The position numbers and the translations under genes are program-made. This document shows positions 57,904-64,000 of a stretch of DNA of 64,000 nt, piece by piece. Under the pieces are notes generated by a model. It was not told where the DNA came from, made no database searches, and worked only from the letters and a program-made list of their open reading frames with translations. Numbering within the stretch: the first letter of the stretch is position 1; each line of letters begins with the position of its first letter. This DNA comes from an uncultured Candidatus Binatia bacterium (lineage in GTDB: Bacteria > Desulfobacterota > Binatia > UBA9968 > CAXXLF01), in NCBI GenBank assembly GCA_965218425.1, contig OZ244621.1, positions 96,001-160,000 on the forward strand, in the 5' to 3' direction.

Positions 57904-59079
57904 TTACGTATCCCGCTCCTTCGTTGGACCAACCTCCCCGGTGCACCAGGGAACGAATGCCTTCATTCTACAAGGAGCGCCGTGGGCTTTTAGGTCTTTC
58001 TCGAAGATCTCGTGGATCTCCCGGTCCTCGTCCTCGTACTCCACTTGCCAACCACCCTCCTTGATACTGGTGTTGCTCGACTCGTCGCGCTCCCGGCTGC
58101 CGGGCCCCACGACCCCTAAATTACCCTTCTTGAGAGCCAGGTAGCGGGCCCGATTGGTCCCCGTGTTGAAATGCTGGTGAAAGCAGTTGTCGTTGGGAAC
58201 AATGACCAGGGAACCGAATTGCCAATCGCATTTGACCATGTCGGAGCGGTCTTCCTTGGTCCAAACCATGGAGTATCCGCCCGTGCCGCTCAGCAGCACC
58301 AGGTGAGCGCCCGGGCCATGGCGGTGGGCCTTCTTGTATGTCCCCACGGGAAATTCCGACATGTGGTTTTTCATGTTGTTACCGGCCATCTCCAAACGCG
58401 CGTTGATCCCGCCCGCGCCTCGCTCCTTGTACCCATAGAGCGGCATGTCAGGGGCGTTGGCGATGAAGTTAGACTCCCATACCCGTCGCTTGAACAGCTT
58501 ACCATTGCCGCTAAAGTAGTCATCCTCCCCCTCATAGCGGGAGCGAAACTTAAACTCGCTATTGAACGTGAACTCCCTATCCCGAAAAAGGCGCATCATG
58601 GGGGGCGCGTTAGTCACCGCAAGGTAACGCAGGGGCTCATCGCCGCTGCCGTTGAAATTCTGGTACCATGCATTAAGCGGAATACAAAATAGACTACCGG
58701 CGTGCCATTCGAAGGTTTGCTTGTGCTTTTCATCGTTCCAGATTGTGGTTGCCCCGCGGCCTGAGACCACATAGATGGTTAGCTCGTACATATGGTGTTC
58801 CGGCTCGGACTTCCCCCCCGGCTTGATCTCAACAACGTGGCAGTCATTGTAGAGCATAGGGTTTTTTATGTGAATCACCGCACCGCTCCCCCCTTTACGC
58901 TCCCATGGCCCCAGTTCGATATTAGCGATGCTCGGGAAATAAAAGTGCTCGTAGACTTTTACACCTTCGTCCTTTAGCCAAGCCTTGTAGGTGTCCTCCG
59001 TGCTATAGTCATTGAGGCTCTCCGTGGGCATGTCGGCCGCCTTCATGTCGGTGCCTTCCATAATTCCTTCCATGGACAT
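57904..59079 (-). CDS. bicupin protein (close paralog of 60856)
   Basis: HHMYE, PLNAWYQ, YKKAHRHGPGAH, FHQHFN. Confidence 0.9.
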   Translation of the reverse strand: MSMEGIMEGTDMKAADMPTESLNDYSTEDTYKAWLKDEGVKVYEHFYFPSIANIELGPWERKGGSGAVIHIKNPMLYNDCHVVEIKPGGKSEPEHHMYELTIYVVSGRGATTIWNDEKHKQTFEWHAGSLFCIPLNAWYQNFNGSGDEPLRYLAVTNAPPMMRLFRDREFTFNSEFKFRSRYEGEDDYFSGNGKLFKRRVWESNFIANAPDMPLYGYKERGAGGINARLEMAGNNMKNHMSEFPVGTYKKAHRHGPGAHLVLLSGTGGYSMVWTKEDRSDMVKCDWQFGSLVIVPNDNCFHQHFNTGTNRARYLALKKGNLGVVGPGSRERDESSNTSIKEGGWQVEYEDEDREIHEIFEKDLKAHGAPCRMKAFVPWCTGEVGPTKERDT

Positions 59080-59145
59080 GGTCAGTTTCCTCTCTCAATT
59101 AAAATCGTCGGAGCCCCTTTATACCATAGATGAGCCGCTAAAACC

Positions 59146-60611
59146 CTACTCCTGGCCGGCCTTCTGCTGCCCGGCAGCAAAACGGACCTGTTCGATGCCC
59201 CTCTTATTTCCATGGATCGGCAGCACCGTTTCGATATCCAAATTCAGCCGCTGCAGGTTCTCCCATAGGTTAGCCGTAAAGGGACTAACCTTTTTTGCCG
59301 GTGCCTTACGAACCCTGCGGCCACTGTAGGCATCTGCCACCATCATAATTTTTTCTTTCGGCAAATAACCGATCAAGAGGCCCCCATTATGGCGGTTTTC
59401 TACCAGACGGTAGAGCTCGAGGGTACGATTTCCATCGGTCATGCTATGCTTGTCACCAACCCCGACTAACTTTGCTCTTTTACCCGATGTAGCGAGGGCG
59501 TCGGGATTGATGCGGGTGGACCGTCCATAAATCTTCTTGTAGAAAGGGACGTTGTCCTCGTGTGTGACAATGGCTGCTCCCTTTGCCGCCATACCGCGCA
59601 GCCCGCCGGAATGGTCAAAATGGTGATGGGTGTTGACCACGAAACGGATTGGCTTACCTGGGATGGTCTCTGTAACCGATTTCACAAGCGCTCTTACGCG
59701 GCCGTCGTTCAGCGGCGCTTCAAACAGAACCACATGATCCTTCATTTCGATGGCAATTGAATTATGTGAGCCACCAGTGAGAAAATAAATTCCCTCAGCA
59801 ACTTCGTCCACTTTGACCCGATGACGTACCGGACGCAATCCGTCAGGCACCAAAATATCTGCGGGTACGTTCACCTTCACGGAAGTAACGTTAAGGTCCA
59901 GTGACGGAAAGCCCTCCGAAATCCTCGTAATCCTGGTGGGAAACTTCACCCCGTTGAAATCCTTATAATCGGAATAAAGAGTCACTACGCGCATGTCACC
60001 AAAAACGGGATTGGCTACGTCGGCTTCCACCCCGCGTAAAAAAAACTTCGTTTCGAGTCAAACCAGGCCAGTGCCGTGAAGGCACCCTTCTTACCGAAAG
60101 AGACGGTTTTGTACATCTTGCCGCCGGCTTCGCGCATTTTGATTTCGGCATTGGCAGCCTGTGCAGCCTTTACGACGCCATGAGGCGTGGTCCAAAGAGT
60201 GTGCTGCCCTCCGGCAGCACCACGGCTAGGCCCAACCCGTCCTCGGCGCAACCTCCAACCCTTATCACCACTGAGCCCGCTGTTGCGTTTCTGCACCCCC
60301 CTGACGGGCTGACGCCCGCCACCGAAGGGCGGGTTCTCCCATTGGGTAATGGCCTGCTCAGCGGTCATGGATGCCGTATCGTAATTGACCACCAACCGGT
60401 AGCTCTTGAGATTGAATTTTGGCCATGGCTTGCCCGGTTGACGGCTCTGGCCCACCGCGTTGCGAAATCCTGAACCGACAATCTCTATGGTCTTGACCTT
60501 ATCCGCCCCCATTGCCGTGGCGATCTCATCAAGCCCAGCGCCAAAGGCAATAACCGGAAAAACCAGCAATACCGCGACCATCCCAAATAAATGTTTTATC
60601 TCTACCTCCAA
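59146..60611 (-). pseudogene. secreted MBL-fold metallo-hydrolase split by a frameshift at a T8 run
   Basis: ORFs 60015-60611 (signal peptide) and 59146-60030 (THHHFDHSGG) overlap; A8 at 60038-60045 on + strand. Confidence 0.8.
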
Positions 60612-60768
60612 TAACTTTGCGGATTCAATATTAGTATTTTGCTTTCAAAGATTACGCACTGAGAAACCTCGATGACAGATTCTACGCCCTTGGGAACAAA
60701 CGCATATCATATGCCGAGCACCGTTCAAAGGGATATATTAGAAATTTCAGATTAGGTGGAATTTTCAC

Positions 60769-60798
60769 AAAAAAACAGCGGCCCGTTGTGGACCGCCG
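60769..60798 (-). terminator. intrinsic terminator
   Basis: minus strand CGGCGGTCC-ACAAC-GGGCCGCTG then T7, downstream of cupin 60856. Confidence 0.7.
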
Positions 60799-60855
60799 CT
60801 TTTCTGCTCAATGATACTGCAACGTGAGTTGGTTCAACACTCGTGCCATTTAGGC

Positions 60856-62025
60856 TTATGTATCCTTCGATTTCGTGGGCCCCACTTCCCCGGTGCAATA
60901 GGGGATGAAGGCTTTCATCCTGCACGGGGCGCCGTGGGTCTTTAGGTCTTTCTCGAAGATCTCATGGATCTCACGGTCTTCGTCCTCGTATTCGATCTGC
61001 CAACCGCCCTCCTTGATACTGGTGTAACTCCCCGGTGTACCGGCACCCCCAGGTACGCCGATCCCCATGTTACCGGGGCGCAGCGCCAGATAGCGGGCCC
61101 GATTGGTTCCGGTATTGAAGTGCTGATGGAAGCAGTTGTCGTTGGGAACGACCACCATGGAACCGTACTGCCAGTCGCATTTCACCATGTCCGAACGGTA
61201 TTCTTTCGTCCAGACCAAGGAGTACCCGCCGGTGCCGCTGAGCAAAACCAGGTGCGCGCCGGGGCCATGGCGGTGGGCCTTCTTATAGGTGCCGATAGGA
61301 AACTCCGAGATGTGGTTCTTCATATTGTTGGCGCCCATCTCCAAATGGGCGTTGATCCCGCCGGCCCCCCGTTCCTTATAGCCATAGAGGGGCATGTCCG
61401 GGGCATTGGCAATGAAGTTGGACTCCCAGATCCTTTTCTTGTAGAGCTTGCCGTTGCCGCTGAAGTAGTCGTCTTCTCCAGCATATCGGGAACGAAACTT
61501 GAAGTCACAGTTGAAGATGAAATGCAGGTCCCGGTAAAGGCGCATCACGGGAGGAGCATTGGTCACCGCAAGGTAACGAAGGGGTTGGTCGCCGCTACCA
61601 TTGAAGTTCTGGTACCAAGCGTTGAGGGGAATGCAGAAGAGACTTCCAGTGTGCCACTCGAAGGTTTGCTTTTGATTCTCCTCGTTCCAGATGGTGGTGG
61701 CCCCGTTACCCGAGATCACGTAGATGGTCAATTCGTACATGTGGTGTTCCGGTTCCGACTTGCCTCCCGGCTTGATCTCCACCACGTGACAATCATTAGG
61801 CATGTTACGATTTTTGATGTGGACCACCGCACCGCTGCCGCCCTTGCGCTCCCAAGGTCCCAATTCCAATTTGGCCAGGCTCTTGACGTAAAAGTCCTCG
61901 TAGACTTTGACTCCTTCCTTCTCCAGCCATTCCTTGTAGCCGTCTTTGGTCACAAACTCTGCCAGGCCGTCCTTCGGCGTGTCCGCCACCTTCATATCCG
62001 TACCGATCATTACACCTTCGTCCAT
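60856..62025 (-). CDS. bicupin protein
   Basis: same motifs as 57904; AAGGAGG RBS before ATG 62025. Confidence 0.9.
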   Translation of the reverse strand: MDEGVMIGTDMKVADTPKDGLAEFVTKDGYKEWLEKEGVKVYEDFYVKSLAKLELGPWERKGGSGAVVHIKNRNMPNDCHVVEIKPGGKSEPEHHMYELTIYVISGNGATTIWNEENQKQTFEWHTGSLFCIPLNAWYQNFNGSGDQPLRYLAVTNAPPVMRLYRDLHFIFNCDFKFRSRYAGEDDYFSGNGKLYKKRIWESNFIANAPDMPLYGYKERGAGGINAHLEMGANNMKNHISEFPIGTYKKAHRHGPGAHLVLLSGTGGYSLVWTKEYRSDMVKCDWQYGSMVVVPNDNCFHQHFNTGTNRARYLALRPGNMGIGVPGGAGTPGSYTSIKEGGWQIEYEDEDREIHEIFEKDLKTHGAPCRMKAFIPYCTGEVGPTKSKDT

Positions 62026-62059
62026 ATTAGAATCCTCCTTAATTTTTTTATGCCCCTTT

Positions 62060-63184
62060 TCAGGGTTCGGACGTACAACGCGGATGGAGACCGCCCATCT
62101 CGCATTTCGCTCCGGAGCGCTCAACCGCTTCCTCGAATTCGCGGTGTATGTCGGGATCTTCGTCCTCGAACTCGATCTGATCGCCGCCCTCTTTGGTACT
62201 CTTGTATACGTACGCGCCGCCGCCGCTCTTGGGTTTCTCGCTTCCCCAGCCGATGGCCAGGAAGAGCACCGGTTCGGCGCCGGTGTTAAAGTGCTGGTGA
62301 AACCACATCTCGGGGGGTACGAACATGGTCCCCACCTTCCACGGCACTTTTTGCACCGGCTCGCCCTCCTTCCACATTAGCGAGTATCCTTCGCCGCGTA
62401 ATAAAACAATGTGGATCCCAGGCCCGTGGCGATGGGCCTTCTTGTAAAAACCCACCGGCCAGGACGAGGAATGGGAACGCATGGTGCTGTTCACCATATT
62501 AAAACCGGTGCCCACCGCGCCAGGGGTACGTCCACCTCGAGCTTCCGAGGTCTCAGCGATCCTGCTGAGGGAGTTGACGTCCGACACGAAGTTGGTAACC
62601 CAGGTGCCGCGCTCGTCGGGCTTGTCCGCCTGCTTGAAGTAACCTGCCTTGCCATCGAATCGGTCGTCGAAAACGAAGGGGTTTTTGAAAACGAAGGTTA
62701 GGTTCTTGAAGGTGTCGATGACCCTAGGGGCCGCAGTCATGGCCACGTAGCGGGCGGGCTCGGTACCCGAGCCATTGTGGTGTTGATAATTGACATTAGG
62801 AGGCATGGCAAAGTAACTGCGTTCCCCCCACTCGAAGGTCTGCTTTTCCCCGCCCTCGAGCCAGACGGACGTGGCGCCGTGCCCCTTCAGGATGAACACC
62901 GTCTCCTCGTAGATATGCTTGATGGGGTTCAGGGACTTACCGGGCGGTATCTCGCAAACGTAAGTGTCGTTGAACCCGCCGGTTCCCTCTAGATTGATAA
63001 AAACGCCGGAGCCCCCGCGGGACGCCCATTGCGTGAGCTCCACGTCCAGCAGACTGGGCACGGACAACCCGCGAAGGGTGGGAAGCCCTTCCGCATCCTT
63101 CCACTGCTCGTAGGGGGATTTATAAGCCTGCGCGGCTTCATTATAAAGTTCAATCTCGGTTTTTTTCTTAGCCGTACTTTCCAT
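62060..63184 (-). CDS. bicupin protein (more distant paralog)
   Basis: HIYEE, YKKAHRHGPG, WFHQHFN, EGGDQIE.EDED. Confidence 0.9.
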   Translation of the reverse strand: MESTAKKKTEIELYNEAAQAYKSPYEQWKDAEGLPTLRGLSVPSLLDVELTQWASRGGSGVFINLEGTGGFNDTYVCEIPPGKSLNPIKHIYEETVFILKGHGATSVWLEGGEKQTFEWGERSYFAMPPNVNYQHHNGSGTEPARYVAMTAAPRVIDTFKNLTFVFKNPFVFDDRFDGKAGYFKQADKPDERGTWVTNFVSDVNSLSRIAETSEARGGRTPGAVGTGFNMVNSTMRSHSSSWPVGFYKKAHRHGPGIHIVLLRGEGYSLMWKEGEPVQKVPWKVGTMFVPPEMWFHQHFNTGAEPVLFLAIGWGSEKPKSGGGAYVYKSTKEGGDQIEFEDEDPDIHREFEEAVERSGAKCEMGGLHPRCTSEP

Positions 63185-63768
63185 AAGGGACCTCCGGATC
63201 GCATCCAGAAATGGTAAAATAGAGCAGCCTGTCCAAGCGCCCTATGGCAAATGCATTCTGCAGCGGAGACTAGCTGATCAATGGCCATTTTGTCAACCAA
63301 ACTGGGGTTTAGGCGTGCTGCGAAACGAGTGGTATGGCGACTCAAGGGGATCGGTGGCCCGTCCGTTCGGCGCAGGTCGAAACCCTTAGCGGGAGCCAAA
63401 CGGATAGCTATCAGCTCTCATCCTTCAGCTGTCAGCAAAGCAAGACAGCGGATCGAACTCTTCTCTACTCAGTCCTCAGCACTCGTTGCTCCGATGGCAG
63501 TGAGGATGAAGGGGGTGGGCATCGAACGTGCAGCCGCAGATGTTCACGGGCTTATTGTCCACGGCCTGAATACTCGCTACCCGAGGAGAGCTGAGCATGC
63601 TACGACGGGATCGCCAGCGGAGTCCCGTAGCAAATGGGCGGTCGAGAAGATACCTCAGCCACGCGTCTTGACAGAAAGCCTATGGGGTTGACAGCTGCCG
63701 ACTGTACCCTTAGAAAGAATGACGACGGAGGCAGGGAGCTGTCGGCTGTTTAACAAAGGAGGGTTCCT

Positions 63769-64000
63769 ATGAACAAAAAATTTCTCATTGCCGTTGCCCT
63801 TGCGGCGATGACGGCGACCGCGGCAAGCGTCAACGCTGAAAATGTAAAGCTCGGCATCATTGTCGGATTTACCGGCCCGATCGAATCGCTGACGCCGGAC
63901 ATGAGCGCGGGCGCGGAGTTGGCAATGAAGGAAGCAAGCGCATCCGGCTTTTTTCTCGGCGGCTCGACGATTACGGCCGTCAAAGCCGATTCGACTTGCG
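63769..64000 (+). CDS. branched-chain amino acid-type ABC substrate-binding protein, 5' part
   Basis: AAGGAGG RBS; MNKKFLIAVALAA signal; VKLGIIVGFTGPIESL...AELA..E...DSTC; runs off window. Confidence 0.85.
   Translation, partial: MNKKFLIAVALAAMTATAASVNAENVKLGIIVGFTGPIESLTPDMSAGAELAMKEASASGFFLGGSTITAVKADSTC

Noticed and set aside
60964..62289. 441-aa plus-strand ORF (and similar antisense ORFs at 2540-3322, 34415-35152, 56037-56705)
   Set aside because: Antisense shadows of well-supported genes; no motifs of their own.
1..64000. CRISPR array, integrase, transposase or prophage genes
   Set aside because: No regularly spaced repeats or recognisable recombinase/phage motifs seen.

Overview
Bacterial chromosomal window, moderately GC-rich. 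The gene content (expanded bicupin, amidohydrolase, GST, Gfo/Idh/MocA and solute-binding families, plus bacterial Topo VI) resembles uncultured deltaproteobacteria-like lineages such as Ca. Binatia; this placement is inference only. In order it holds: the end of a type-E-like sdhB-hdrB(sdhE) pair directly followed by a complete frdABCD operon; topoisomerase VI top6B-top6A; many catabolic and redox enzymes; tRNA-Lys(TTT) and tRNA-Glu(TTC); a tungsten/pterin module (tupA-like, two moeA, AOR-family enzyme with a Fe-S partner); UbiD; and a partly decayed phthalate-like (Rieske/dihydrodiol dehydrogenase/decarboxylase) cluster with three bicupin paralogs. Intergenic DNA is full of recognisable gene remnants, and a ~113-bp hairpin repeat occurs twice. 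The top finding is missed by the ORF track: a 73-codon ORF at 21727-21948 with a strong RBS, two in-frame UGA codons (U-H-N-N-U) and a SECIS-like hairpin just downstream. It is a candidate novel two-selenocysteine microprotein in a two-gene operon. All family calls come from recalled motifs; no database searches were run.
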